A DNA stretch of 55,535 nucleotides from a virus (taxonomy: Duplodnaviria; Caudoviricetes). Below are positions 45,895 through 54,690 of the stretch, in pieces. The position numbers and the translations under genes are program-made. Numbering within the stretch: position 1 is the first letter of the stretch; each line of letters starts with the position of its first letter. The notes under the pieces were generated by a model. The model saw only the letters and a program-made list of their open reading frames with translations. It was not told the origin of the DNA and did not search any database. The stretch covers positions 1 through 55,535 of the IMG/VR virus record IMGVR_UViG_3300030677_000007; one strand, 5' to 3'.

Positions 45895-46274
45895 GCTGCT
45901 GTCCCCTTGAGGCGGGCGGTCAGGGTCTGGTTGGCGGCCGTGACGAGCTCGGCGCCGAGCGCCATGGCCTCCCGGCGGCGGAGGTCGACCTGGACGTGCT
46001 CGGTGATCGCGGCCTCGGTCAGCTCTTCGCGGTACTGATCGACCACGTGGCTGGCGTTGGACACCATCCACTCGGGCACGTCGCGACGCTCCTGGTCGCT
46101 CTGCAACCCTGCGAGGTGGGCCCGGGCGGCGGCGAGGTCGAGCAGCAACTGCCCGACGGTCTCGGGGTCGTCGCCGTAGGCGTCGGCCAGCATGTCCAGG
46201 ACCGCAGGCACGACGCCGTCGGCGCGCATGTGAACGGCCAGGCCGTCAGCGCTGATCCGCGCGGTGATCGTCAC
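45891..46274 (-). CDS. Hypothetical protein
   Basis: Coupled on both sides. Confidence 0.65.
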   Translation of the reverse strand: MTITARISADGLAVHMRADGVVPAVLDMLADAYGDDPETVGQLLLDLAAARAHLAGLQSDQERRDVPEWMVSNASHVVDQYREELTEAAITEHVQVDLRRREAMALGAELVTAANQTLTARLKGTAA

Positions 46275-46789
46275 GCCGCCACCGCCCGGCTGTACGTGGC
46301 CGCCCAGGCGCGGGCCGCAGCCTCGTCGCCGAAGAAGGCGAGCTTGCGGACGCCGCCCTGGTCGTACCCAACGTGCCAGCCAGCGCCCCGGTTCTCGCAG
46401 ATCGCGATGTTCGTGATCGGCAGTCGCACGATGGTCCAGACGTGCACCGGTACGCCGTCGATCACGCCGTCCACGGTGTGATGGAACTTCTCGTTGTCGT
46501 TGTCGTCCCGAGAGACCGTCACGGGCACGTCGAGGCGCCCGCTCCACAGCTGAACGCTTTCTGCATCCCCACGCTTGGTCCACAGGCGCAGGTTCGGCAT
46601 CGGGCTGAACCCGGCCACACCCACCTTGACGTCGTACAGCTGCCAGGCGGGGTCGGCTTCAGCGGCCAGGCGCCGGCCGAGCGCGATCGCCGCCGTGGCC
46701 TGTGCCAGGAAGTCCTCCAGGTACGGCAAGGACCGGTGAGCTGGGGCTGAAAGCTGGGGGTTCGTGCAGGTAGGCTCGGTGATCGTCAC
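46271..46789 (-). CDS. Hypothetical protein
   Basis: GAGGAG RBS. Confidence 0.65.
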   Translation of the reverse strand: MTITEPTCTNPQLSAPAHRSLPYLEDFLAQATAAIALGRRLAAEADPAWQLYDVKVGVAGFSPMPNLRLWTKRGDAESVQLWSGRLDVPVTVSRDDNDNEKFHHTVDGVIDGVPVHVWTIVRLPITNIAICENRGAGWHVGYDQGGVRKLAFFGDEAAARAWAATYSRAVAA

Positions 46790-46866
46790 GGCCTACTCCT
46801 CTCGCAGGTCAGGGGTGGGTACGGGCATGGGTCGCTCCGGTGGCATCCGGGGCGGCCCGCACTGCG

Positions 46867-47148
46867 TCAGGCCGCCGGGCGCGCCTGGGCGGGCAAGTGC
46901 GGCCGACGGGTCCGGGCTGCTGGGGCGAGTGCGGGGTTGCTTCGCGAGTCCGCGGCCTTGCATGCCTTGAGGTAGTCGTCCAGCGCGGTGATCTCGTAGA
47001 CCACGCGTCCGGCGTGCTTGAAGCTCGCCGGGCCCACGCGGCGGTGGCGCCACTTGTGCAGGGTGCTGTCCTCGACACCGAGCCGCTTGGCGGCTTCGGG
47101 GAGCCAGACACAGCCTGCTGGTGCGCGGCCGCGCATGATGGCGGTCAC
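46867..47148 (-). CDS. Excisionase-like (AlpA/HTH_17) protein
   Basis: EAAKRLGV..STL..WR....GP...K..GRV.Y. Confidence 0.8.
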   Translation of the reverse strand: MTAIMRGRAPAGCVWLPEAAKRLGVEDSTLHKWRHRRVGPASFKHAGRVVYEITALDDYLKACKAADSRSNPALAPAARTRRPHLPAQARPAA

Positions 47149-47432
47149 ATCTCCTCCTGGGGGTCGTCAGTACGATGGGCGGAATCGTCAGCATTCGGAG
47201 ACGGCGGAGGCGCAAAAAGGACCAGTACGGCGACGCCGAGGGCCTCCGCGATGCGGTGGGCGTGCTGCATGTCCGCATCGACTCGCTGGCCGGAGAGCAG
47301 GTGTCCGATCGTCGTAGGCGAGCAACCGACGGCTTCGGCCAGCGTTCGCACGCTGTATGAGGTGCCCCGGCCGGGGTGCTGCATGATGCGGCGCATGAGA
47401 TCGCGGTCGCGCAAGGTGTAGCGGATGATCAC
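47145..47432 (-). CDS. Cro-like XRE HTH regulator
   Basis: SVRTLAEAVGCS..TIGHL; first gene of the early operon. Confidence 0.8.
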   Translation of the reverse strand: MIIRYTLRDRDLMRRIMQHPGRGTSYSVRTLAEAVGCSPTTIGHLLSGQRVDADMQHAHRIAEALGVAVLVLFAPPPSPNADDSAHRTDDPQEEM

Positions 47433-47447
47433 TGTCTCTCCATGTGC

Positions 47448-47620
47448 GACGTTCCGTCTCGCTGTGCTGACGAAGATAGCCAACTTGAGACGTGTCGTCT
47501 AGGAATCCTGACGAAATGATGTGGATGTTGTGTGGGTGTACCGTGGCGATGGCGTCGATCTGTAGACATTCCGTCTGCTGATTGAGACGCTATGCGGCGA
47601 CTGACCTGCGACGATCCGTC
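47448..47620. promoter_or_regulatory. Immunity switch with four GAC-N5-GTC operators
   Basis: GACGTTCCGTC 47448, GACGTGTCGTC 47489, GACATTCCGTC 47565, GACGATCCGTC 47610. Confidence 0.65.
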
Positions 47621-47673
47621 GCCAGGCGGGCATATGCCTGATACAGGTGATGTGCACGAGACAGGAGATTCCG

Positions 47674-48078
47674 ATGGCACCAGCAGGCGAACAGCCGCGC
47701 GATGCCCTCTCAGCGCTCCTCCGCGAGGCCAACGCCGCCGGCGACTCCTACATGGACCTCTCGAAGAGGGCCATCGACCCGGAGACCGGCCAGAGGCTGG
47801 GCAAGCCGTGGATTAACAACCTGGCACTCGACAAGCAGACGTCCGCGCCGAAGCCTTGGCAGTTGCGCGCCATCGCAGCATGCTTGGCCAAGCCGCTGAC
47901 CTTCGTTCAGAGCGCAGCCGCACGCCAGTACCTCGACTTCGAGGTGAAGGCCCTCTCCGGCTACAGCGACGACGTGCGTGTGGTCGTCAGCCACCTGGCC
48001 GGGATGACCGAGACCGAGGTTCGGCAGTACCGGGCGATGGTCGAGGCCTCTGAGCGCATCAAGCACGAACAGCAGTAG
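47674..48078 (+). CDS. Putative immunity repressor (XRE-like)
   Basis: AGGAG RBS; divergent from cro and upstream of int; SY..LS.RAID..TG. Confidence 0.7.
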   Translation: MAPAGEQPRDALSALLREANAAGDSYMDLSKRAIDPETGQRLGKPWINNLALDKQTSAPKPWQLRAIAACLAKPLTFVQSAAARQYLDFEVKALSGYSDDVRVVVSHLAGMTETEVRQYRAMVEASERIKHEQQ

Positions 48079-48102
48079 CCGACGGCTACCGGAGGGGGAA
48101 TC

Positions 48103-48360
48103 GTGATCAGGAAGGTCTACAAACTGGACCCGGAGCTGGGCCCCGATGTGCCGATGGAGGCACGCGAGACTCGGGGCCAGATCGTGTATCACTGCTCGCC
48201 AGCGCACTTCACAGAAGAGGCGGTCATCAACCTGACCCTCGTCGAGCAGAAGTTGCTGGAGGGCGGGCACTGGTTCCAGCTGTGGGGCGGCGAGATCGTC
48301 TCGATGGAGTCTCCCGACATCCCACCTGCCGATCCAGGGCAAGAATCTGACGCCGCGTAG
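48103..48360 (+). CDS. Small hypothetical protein between repressor and integrase
   Basis: GGAGGGGG RBS. Confidence 0.7.
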   Translation: MIRKVYKLDPELGPDVPMEARETRGQIVYHCSPAHFTEEAVINLTLVEQKLLEGGHWFQLWGGEIVSMESPDIPPADPGQESDAA

Positions 48361-48389
48361 CGGCGGCCCGGACCAGGGGGGAGGCGGAG

Positions 48390-49643
48390 ATGCCCGGCTA
48401 TATCGAGGACCGCTGGATGTTCAAGCGGGTCAACAAAGAGACCGGCAAGCGAGAGCGCAAGGACCGGTACGGGCAAGGTCTGCGCTATCGCGTGTGCGGC
48501 ATTCCCGGCGTCAAGGATGAATCATTTGCGGTACTAGCCGACGCAAAGAACTGGTTGGCGAGCGCGCAGACGGATGTCCGGCGTGGTGTCTTCATCGACC
48601 CGGAGCTCGGCCAGCAGCTGCTGCGCGACTACTTCGAAGAGGTCTACTGGCCCGGAGTCGTCGTGTCCTTGGGCACGAGCCGCACGATGCTTGGCAAGAT
48701 CCGCAACCACATTCTTCCCCACCTGGGCCACTTGCCGCTCGCTGAGATCCAGGAGGAGCACATCCGCACCTGGGTCGCGACAGTCCGGCGCACCCAGGCC
48801 GTCAGCACTACTCGCGTGATCTACGACTACCTGTCGGCGATCCTCAACGCTGCGCACACATCAGGACGCAAGACGTCCAACCCGTGCTCAATCCGGGGCA
48901 TCAGGCCGAGGAAGCCCGGTAAGAAAGCGCGGGCTTTCCAGGCCGTACAGGTGAGTTCCCTGCGAGAAGAACTGCGACCCCGGGACCGAATCGTCCTGGA
49001 TCTGGGAATCGGGGCGGGCCTGCGCCAGGGCGAGGTACTCGGGTTCGCGCCGGAGGACATCGATGAGGCAGCGGGAATGCTCCACATCCGCCGGCAGGTG
49101 CAGCGCGACGGAGGCCGCGCCTACCTGAAGTTGCCGAAGGGCGACAAGGAGAGGGACGTGCCTCTGTCGGACGGGCTGCTGGCACGCTTGCGGGCGTACA
49201 TGGAGCAGTTCGAGCCGGTGGAGATGACCCTGCCGTGGATCGGCCCCGGCGGCCCTGGCGGCCCAGATGAGAAGGTGACGACCCGGCTGTTGGTCACGAC
49301 GCGCTACCGCAATGCGGTGGACGGCAGCAGCTGGGATCTCGACTCTTGGAAGCCGGCGCTCGGGCGCGCCGGCATCATCCGCGACCAGGGCCACGGCGTG
49401 CGCCGGGCGACGGCATCCCACCGAGGCAGCTGGCCCGGTACCCGCGAGTTCGGGTTCCACATTGCGAGGCACACCTACGCCTCTGTGCAGCTCCAGGCGG
49501 GCGAGAGCATCGTGGACTTGTCGGGCTGGCTGGGGCACGACGACCCCGGCTTTACGCTGCGGACGTACACTCACTTCATGCCCGGCGCGGGCGCCAAGGG
49601 CCGCACAGCGATGGACGCGTGGATGGCAACAGCGGCCGCGTAA
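48390..49643 (+). CDS. int: Tyrosine integrase
   Basis: GLRQGE, K, HIARH, LGH, catalytic Y in TLRTYTH. Confidence 0.95.
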   Translation: MPGYIEDRWMFKRVNKETGKRERKDRYGQGLRYRVCGIPGVKDESFAVLADAKNWLASAQTDVRRGVFIDPELGQQLLRDYFEEVYWPGVVVSLGTSRTMLGKIRNHILPHLGHLPLAEIQEEHIRTWVATVRRTQAVSTTRVIYDYLSAILNAAHTSGRKTSNPCSIRGIRPRKPGKKARAFQAVQVSSLREELRPRDRIVLDLGIGAGLRQGEVLGFAPEDIDEAAGMLHIRRQVQRDGGRAYLKLPKGDKERDVPLSDGLLARLRAYMEQFEPVEMTLPWIGPGGPGGPDEKVTTRLLVTTRYRNAVDGSSWDLDSWKPALGRAGIIRDQGHGVRRATASHRGSWPGTREFGFHIARHTYASVQLQAGESIVDLSGWLGHDDPGFTLRTYTHFMPGAGAKGRTAMDAWMATAAA

Positions 49644-50053
49644 AAGATCTCTACTAGAACTCTACGGGGCCCGATTCGAGCCCTGAGGGCGTCCGCTCGA
49701 TCGCGGCGCCGGACCGCCCCGGAGATCGGCTGGGATCCCGGGGCGGTCGGTGTTTACGCAGGTGAAAGGGCAGTCGGCGGCGGGTGGGTCAGCTGCGGGT
49801 GGCGAGGGCGCGGAGGAAGAAGGTGAGGTTGGCGGGGCGTTCGGCGAGGCGGCGCATGAAGTAGCCGTACTACCTACCGCCACCCGGGGCGTATCCCCAG
49901 GTCGAGGTCCATCAGGCCCTCCGCAGTGGCCATGACGTGCTTAGACGTCCCGTGACGCCTTGAGACGACCTAGGACCAACTTGAGACAGTTGGCCCCCTA
50001 CCAGGGCCCTACGGAAAGTGGATCACTACGAATACTCCCCGAGATCTACCCAC
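49644..50053. other. attP region
   Basis: Non-coding DNA after int containing a host-gene 3' fragment, CTAC-containing arm-like repeats on both sides and 10-bp phased GAC repeats. Confidence 0.75.
49789..49870 (-). pseudogene. 3' fragment of a proline dehydrogenase gene (attP replacement sequence)
   Basis: Translates YGYFMRRLAERPANLTFFLRALATRS*; preceded in frame by TAG. Confidence 0.88.
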
Positions 50054-50079
50054 TTGACCTGGGTAAACACCATCATACG

Positions 50080-50123
50080 GAAGGCCCCGCTCTCCGGTAC
50101 CTTCGCCGGGGAGCGGGGCCTTC
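50080..50123. terminator. Strong hairpin terminator
   Basis: gaaggccccgctc-ccgg...ccgg-gagcggggccttc. Confidence 0.8.
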
Positions 50124-50133
50124 AGCCCGTCGA

Positions 50134-50412
50134 TCAAGCAGTCAGAGCCACGGCCGGAGGCCCCGGCACATACGGGCGCCCCGTCCGCAGAGCATCGTGC
50201 TCACGCTCACCCTCCATGAGGCTCGTACACGCCCCGCAGGCACGAACGGGGTGCGGGCCGGGGAGATCGGATGGCCGGATGCTCCCCACCACGGCAGTGG
50301 GTACGCTGCGGCGGGCACAGCGGAAGCAGCTCCCGTCCACCCATTGGTAGAGCGCGAGGATCTCAGCGGGTGTGAGGGTAGGAGCTGATGGTTCTCCGGG
50401 CAACGCGCGCAT
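50134..50412 (-). CDS. Small Zn-ribbon hypothetical protein
   Basis: GAGGAG RBS; CFRC and CGAC. Confidence 0.65.
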   Translation of the reverse strand: MRALPGEPSAPTLTPAEILALYQWVDGSCFRCARRSVPTAVVGSIRPSDLPGPHPVRACGACTSLMEGEREHDALRTGRPYVPGPPAVALTA

Positions 50413-50609
50413 CTCCTCTTTGGTTCGCCTGCTACGGCCGCCCAAGAACGGCTCGGCCTCCGAACGAGGCAGGCTGAGGAGCAGAACCGGATCAGGCGAT
50501 GGTGACGCGATCCGACCGTCCCTCTACTGCCTCCGAGAGAAACTGGCGAGACGAGGGCCAACTGGGTCGCCGCACCGGCCCCGGCCCCCCGTCGCTCGCC
50601 GCAGTGCCC

Positions 50610-50816
50610 TCACCCGGTCCAGATCGAGTCGTCCGGAGCAGCCGCTCCGCCCGACGGGCTCGGGGACGCGCTCGGCACAACGCTGTCGACGGTCCAGATG
50701 GAGTCGGACCGCGGGTGCGCGGGTCCGGCCGGCCGGGGCGCGAGGACCGCAATGGCGGCGACCGCAAGCACGGCCAGGGCCACCGCCGGATGGCGAAGAG
50801 CTCGGGACAACGGCAA
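50610..50816 (-). CDS. Secreted pro-peptide with duplicated DSIWT motif
   Basis: AAGGAG RBS and TTG start; basic n-region plus hydrophobic h-region; DSIWT at 50691-50705 and 50616-50630. Confidence 0.8.
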   Translation of the reverse strand: MPLSRALRHPAVALAVLAVAAIAVLAPRPAGPAHPRSDSIWTVDSVVPSASPSPSGGAAAPDDSIWTG

Positions 50817-51002
50817 CTTGACTCCTTATTTCGCAGCGCAACTTCGCGAGCACAGCTGACTACCACAGTGATATGGCCGGGGCCTCGCACGTTGCGGCAT
50901 CGATTCCGTGCGATCTACAGTCAAGCACTGATAGAACTCGGTCAAGGCGTAGTGGCCGTGGGTTCCCGCCAGGGGGTTTTCCACCATGCAGAGAGATGAG
51001 CT

Positions 51003-52013
51003 ATGTCCGAATCGTCGGATTCGCAAAACGGCAGGCGCCTCGTATCCAGCAACGCTATCGAGGCGTACAGGATCATCGTTTCCGGTGGGGACGCCTCCGG
51101 CCAGCCGGAGGCCGTAGCCGAGCTCCGAGCCGCGGGGCTGGTGGTGCCCATGCCCGGCTCCACGGATCGACTCCTCGCCGTTGATCCACACGAGGCGCTG
51201 CCCCGGCGCCGAGAGGAGTTGCACCGCGCCGCACGTGCGCTGATGGACGACGCGGACGCCATCGTCCCCCTCCAGCGTGAGCTGACGGCTGCGTTCCGCA
51301 TCGCGCGAACCGACCTGTGGAGCCAGGGCATCGAGCGCCCACGGGACCTCGCAGAGGCCAATGTGCGGATCGCCGCAATCCTCTCCAACGCCGTCCAGGA
51401 TCTGCTCACCATGCAGCCCGGGCATCGCCAAGAAAGCACCCTGGAGGCGTCTGCCGACCGTGATTTCGACGCCCTGGAGAGGGGCATCAAGATGCGGACT
51501 CTCTACATGGATAGCGAGCGCGAATATCCGTACATTCAAAAATGGGTGGCCGAGGCAAATCAGCGTGGCGCTGAAATTCGTACCATGCCGCGCACCTTCA
51601 TGAGGGCCATCATTATTGACCAGCGTATTGCCGTCATTACCGACCGCACGAGGACATCCGGTCCCGGCGCTGTCCCTGGTGCCGCCGTCATCGTCCACGA
51701 CGTTGGCGTCGTCGGCGAACTCGTGAGCCAGTTCGAGCGGGAGTGGGCACAAGCGCGCCCATGGGACGGCCAGTCAAATTCGCAGGTCAACCGCCTTGGT
51801 GAGCTCTCGCAGGTTCAGCAGGACGTGCTACTGGGACTCGTGAGCGGGGCCACCCAGAAGAGCCTCGGGGCCCGACTGGGGATGAGCGTCCGCCAAATCG
51901 AACGTGCTATCGATGAAATCAAGCGAGTCATCGATCCATCCGGCGGCCCGGTCTCCGCTGCCCAGATGGGGTACTGGTGCGCCCGCATGCAAGCGCTGGA
52001 CGAGGTCAGGTAG
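51003..52013 (+). CDS. TrmB-like/PLD-fold sensor plus LuxR-type HTH regulator
   Basis: L...GLV..DP N-terminus; RGI.MRTLY, GAEIRT, R.IIID...A, F...W..A.P middle domain; C-terminal LS..Q..VL..L..G.T...G.RLGMS.R HTH. Confidence 0.85.
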   Translation: MSESSDSQNGRRLVSSNAIEAYRIIVSGGDASGQPEAVAELRAAGLVVPMPGSTDRLLAVDPHEALPRRREELHRAARALMDDADAIVPLQRELTAAFRIARTDLWSQGIERPRDLAEANVRIAAILSNAVQDLLTMQPGHRQESTLEASADRDFDALERGIKMRTLYMDSEREYPYIQKWVAEANQRGAEIRTMPRTFMRAIIIDQRIAVITDRTRTSGPGAVPGAAVIVHDVGVVGELVSQFEREWAQARPWDGQSNSQVNRLGELSQVQQDVLLGLVSGATQKSLGARLGMSVRQIERAIDEIKRVIDPSGGPVSAAQMGYWCARMQALDEVR

Positions 52014-52095
52014 GGGCAATCCCATTGATCTGCCATGAACGCGACAGAACGAAACTCCGGCATATGCATTTCACGCACGCAAGCGGAGTCAGATC

Positions 52096-52107
52096 TGCTA
52101 CGTAGCA
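52096..52107. promoter_or_regulatory. 12-bp palindrome upstream of GntR
   Basis: TGCTACGTAGCA in an AT-richer intergenic region. Confidence 0.4.
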
Positions 52108-52168
52108 ACGTCAGCCATATTCCCTAGCCTCGGCCCTATCACTGGCATGATCACCGACTGGGGCACGG

Positions 52169-52825
52169 ATGAGCGACGCGCAGTATCAGCGCATCGCCGC
52201 AACCCTCCGGCAGCAGATCGCCGACGGCTCACTCCCACCGGGGGCTCCCCTTCCGTCTTGGCGCGCCTTGGCCGTCGAGCACGGTACCGGCCAGGGAGCA
52301 GTCCGCCTGGCGATCCAGCTCCTGCGGACCGAAGGCCTCGTAGAGGGGCGGCAGCGCGCCCGCCTGACGGTGGCCCACCCTGTACCCGTGCATACCCTCA
52401 CGCACCCCGACGCCCCATGGCCCCACGGCCAGGGCGACAGCGAGACAATCACCACCGCCGCCACAGCCGACATCGCCGACCGGCTGCACCTGCGGACAGG
52501 TACCCGCGTCCGGCGCCGCCGCACCGAATACCTCGACTCCGCAGGACGCCCGTCACACCTCGTCACCGTCTGGCGCCACCGCAGATCACCCGTGGACGCC
52601 ACGGCCATGACCGTCGAGATCAGCAGCCGCCAGCTCACCCCAGACGAGGCACTCGCGCTCGGACTGGCCCGCGAGACCTCAGCGCTGCACCTCATCCGCA
52701 CCCACCTCGCCTCCGACGGCCGGCCACTCGACACCGCCGACCTCGTACTGCCAGCCGACCGATGGCGGATCCGCCTCGGAACCGACTCGCTGATCGCATC
52801 AGCTCACCCTTCCCCGTCCGACTGA
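52169..52825 (+). CDS. GntR-family regulator with degenerate UTRA-like domain
   Basis: YQRIA..LR.QI..G.L.PG..LPS...L. Confidence 0.85.
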   Translation: MSDAQYQRIAATLRQQIADGSLPPGAPLPSWRALAVEHGTGQGAVRLAIQLLRTEGLVEGRQRARLTVAHPVPVHTLTHPDAPWPHGQGDSETITTAATADIADRLHLRTGTRVRRRRTEYLDSAGRPSHLVTVWRHRRSPVDATAMTVEISSRQLTPDEALALGLARETSALHLIRTHLASDGRPLDTADLVLPADRWRIRLGTDSLIASAHPSPSD

Positions 52826-53166
52826 GCTCCCCGGGCCTGGGCGGCGGCCAGCTCTTCGGCGACCTCCCGCAGGCGGCTGGCATAGCCGGTGAGCATGTCG
52901 GCGAAGGCGTGGACGTCGGACGGCTGGTCCATGGTCACGTGCGCCACCATCTGCGTCGAGGCGCAGGCTTCGCTGTCCTCGGGGCCGGCGTAAGGGGACC
53001 AGTTGATGGTGGTCTCGAAGTCGACGTCGAGTTGCTTCCACTTCGCGGCCAAGGTGACCGGCCGGGACTCGTGGAACCGGTCGGCGACGGCTACGTCGTC
53101 CCAGGGGTGGTTCCCCGTGCACCAGTCCGGGCAGCGGCGCAGCGGATTGGTGTTGGTGTCGGTCAT
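52804..53166 (-). CDS. DUF6907-like protein
   Basis: CPDWC...H.......H motif; AAGGA RBS. Confidence 0.7.
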   Translation of the reverse strand: MTDTNTNPLRRCPDWCTGNHPWDDVAVADRFHESRPVTLAAKWKQLDVDFETTINWSPYAGPEDSEACASTQMVAHVTMDQPSDVHAFADMLTGYASRLREVAEELAAAQARGAQSDGEG

Positions 53167-53525
53167 AGTGAGTAGGTCCTTGGCGTCTCGGCGTACGGAG
53201 TGACGGGCGGGTTCTTCTCGCACGGCGGGCAGATGACCACGGTCCAGCCGGGCCCGCTGGACTGATCGATATGTTCGACCAGTCGGCCAACCGTCTCGCG
53301 CCCGCAGTGGCGGCAGTGCCCGAAGGCCCGTTTCTCCGCGATGCTGCTCGCCGCGGTGCCGGCCGCCGCGGCCATCGCCTCGGCCTCCTCCATGAACCGC
53401 TTCCAGCAGTCCGGATGGGTCACCCCGACCAGCGGCGACACCCGATTGCCCGGCTCCAGGCGCGCGACCGGACTGCCCGCCGGGTTCATGCAGTAGTCGC
53501 AGATGTGCTCCCTCGGACCGTTCAC
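53163..53525 (-). CDS. Zn-binding hypothetical protein
   Basis: CDYC, HPDC, CRHC, SGPG...CPPC. Confidence 0.65.
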   Translation of the reverse strand: MNGPREHICDYCMNPAGSPVARLEPGNRVSPLVGVTHPDCWKRFMEEAEAMAAAAGTAASSIAEKRAFGHCRHCGRETVGRLVEHIDQSSGPGWTVVICPPCEKNPPVTPYAETPRTYSL

Positions 53526-53761
53526 GATCCCTCCCCGGTGAGGTCGTCGATGATCGCCAGGGCGTTGAAGAGGCTGGCCCGCAGCGCCCCGGCCGCCTGG
53601 GCGACCTCGAACGGAGAAGCGCCCGCCAGGTCCAGCTCATGGGCCCGCTGCAAGTCGTTCTTGGCCACCCGCACACGGAAGTCCTGCTCCGGCGATAAGC
53701 ACCGCACGGGGTCAGCAGGGTCGGTCAGCAGCAGGGTCAAGGAATCCACAGAATCTGCCAT
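53522..53761 (-). CDS. Small hypothetical protein
   Basis: GTGA coupling to the next gene. Confidence 0.55.
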   Translation of the reverse strand: MADSVDSLTLLLTDPADPVRCLSPEQDFRVRVAKNDLQRAHELDLAGASPFEVAQAAGALRASLFNALAIIDDLTGEGS

Positions 53762-53847
53762 ACCCAGCACGGTAGAGAAGGGCGTTGCTGCAACGCTCCG
53801 AAGTTGCTTCGGATTGCTTGCGCACGGCGCCGGGTTTCCCGGGATGT

Positions 53848-54690
53848 CTACGCAAGGTCCAGAGCGGAGCGCGCCCGGGCGATGAGGCGGTGTGCCTGAG
53901 CGCCGTAGAAGGCGGAGTCGTTCAGCGTGTCCCAGATCTTGGTGAACAGCTCAACGTCAGTGGCGTCGTCGAGCCACATCTCGGCGTTCCATGTCTCGGA
54001 GATCACGAGCCGGTCGTCGTAGATCCAGAAGCCATCACCGGGGGCGATCTTGAGGGGTGCCTCGAAGGGGATGATGCCGAGTGAGACAGTGTCCATTCCG
54101 AGTAGCCCGGTCAGCCGATCCAGCTGCCCAACCAGGACCTCCGGGCGGCAGATGAGCACGCGGAGCGCTCCCTCCCAGATCAGGACGTGGAACTGCCGTC
54201 CCGGTTCGTACAGGGCTTCTTGGCGTCTCATCCGGGCACTCACGGCCGGTTCGATGTCCCTTGGCGTGCCGCGTAGTTCCACGTATCGAGTGAGAACGGC
54301 GCGAGCGTACTCGGCTGTCTGGAAGATGCCAGGGATCACCCCGAACTCGGCGCCGCGCATCACCCGTGTCTGCGAAAGCTCGACGATTCCGGCTTCCTGC
54401 CGGGCCCGGTGACCACTCGCCAGCTGCCTACGCCAGGAGCGGTAGCGCGTCTCGAAGCCTCGCAGGCGCCCCTTCAGTTCAGCTGCCGACTCTGGGTTAC
54501 CCACACCACGTGCCCAGGCGTCGAGGTCCGCCAGGCTGGGAGTCTGCTTGCCGTTCTCCAGCTTGCTCACCTTCGAAGGCAGCCAGCCCAGGCTCCCCGC
54601 CAGCTGCCGCCCGGTCAGGCCGGCCTCGGTGCGCAGCTCGCGCAGCCGCGCACCGAGGGTCATTCGGGCCTGTTGGAAGTCTGTGCTCAC
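53848..54690 (-). CDS. XRE HTH plus DUF5753 (Scr1-type) regulator
   Basis: LG.RLRELR..AGLTG, SK.ENG.Q, IPG.FQT.EYA, R..RQ..L, E..L. Confidence 0.9.
   Translation of the reverse strand: MSTDFQQARMTLGARLRELRTEAGLTGRQLAGSLGWLPSKVSKLENGKQTPSLADLDAWARGVGNPESAAELKGRLRGFETRYRSWRRQLASGHRARQEAGIVELSQTRVMRGAEFGVIPGIFQTAEYARAVLTRYVELRGTPRDIEPAVSARMRRQEALYEPGRQFHVLIWEGALRVLICRPEVLVGQLDRLTGLLGMDTVSLGIIPFEAPLKIAPGDGFWIYDDRLVISETWNAEMWLDDATDVELFTKIWDTLNDSAFYGAQAHRLIARARSALDLA

Noticed and set aside
9-46038. Many long plus-strand ORFs (e.g. 9-1202, 7747-9222, 22803-24065, 24647-26098, 37307-38674, 44662-46038)
   Set aside because: Antisense shadows of recognisable minus-strand genes, expected in high-GC DNA; no motifs of their own
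46793-46828. 11-aa ORF MPVPTPDLREE before 46789
   Set aside because: Too short to support; may only be a leader or a chance ORF
49662-49935. ORF-track calls 49662-49883 (-) and 49750-49935 (+)
   Set aside because: Low-complexity translations overlapping attP; the meaningful frame is the ProDH tail
50610-50816. Peptide as a RiPP precursor
   Set aside because: No modifying enzyme, protease or transporter nearby; it has a Sec-type signal and a regulator neighbour instead
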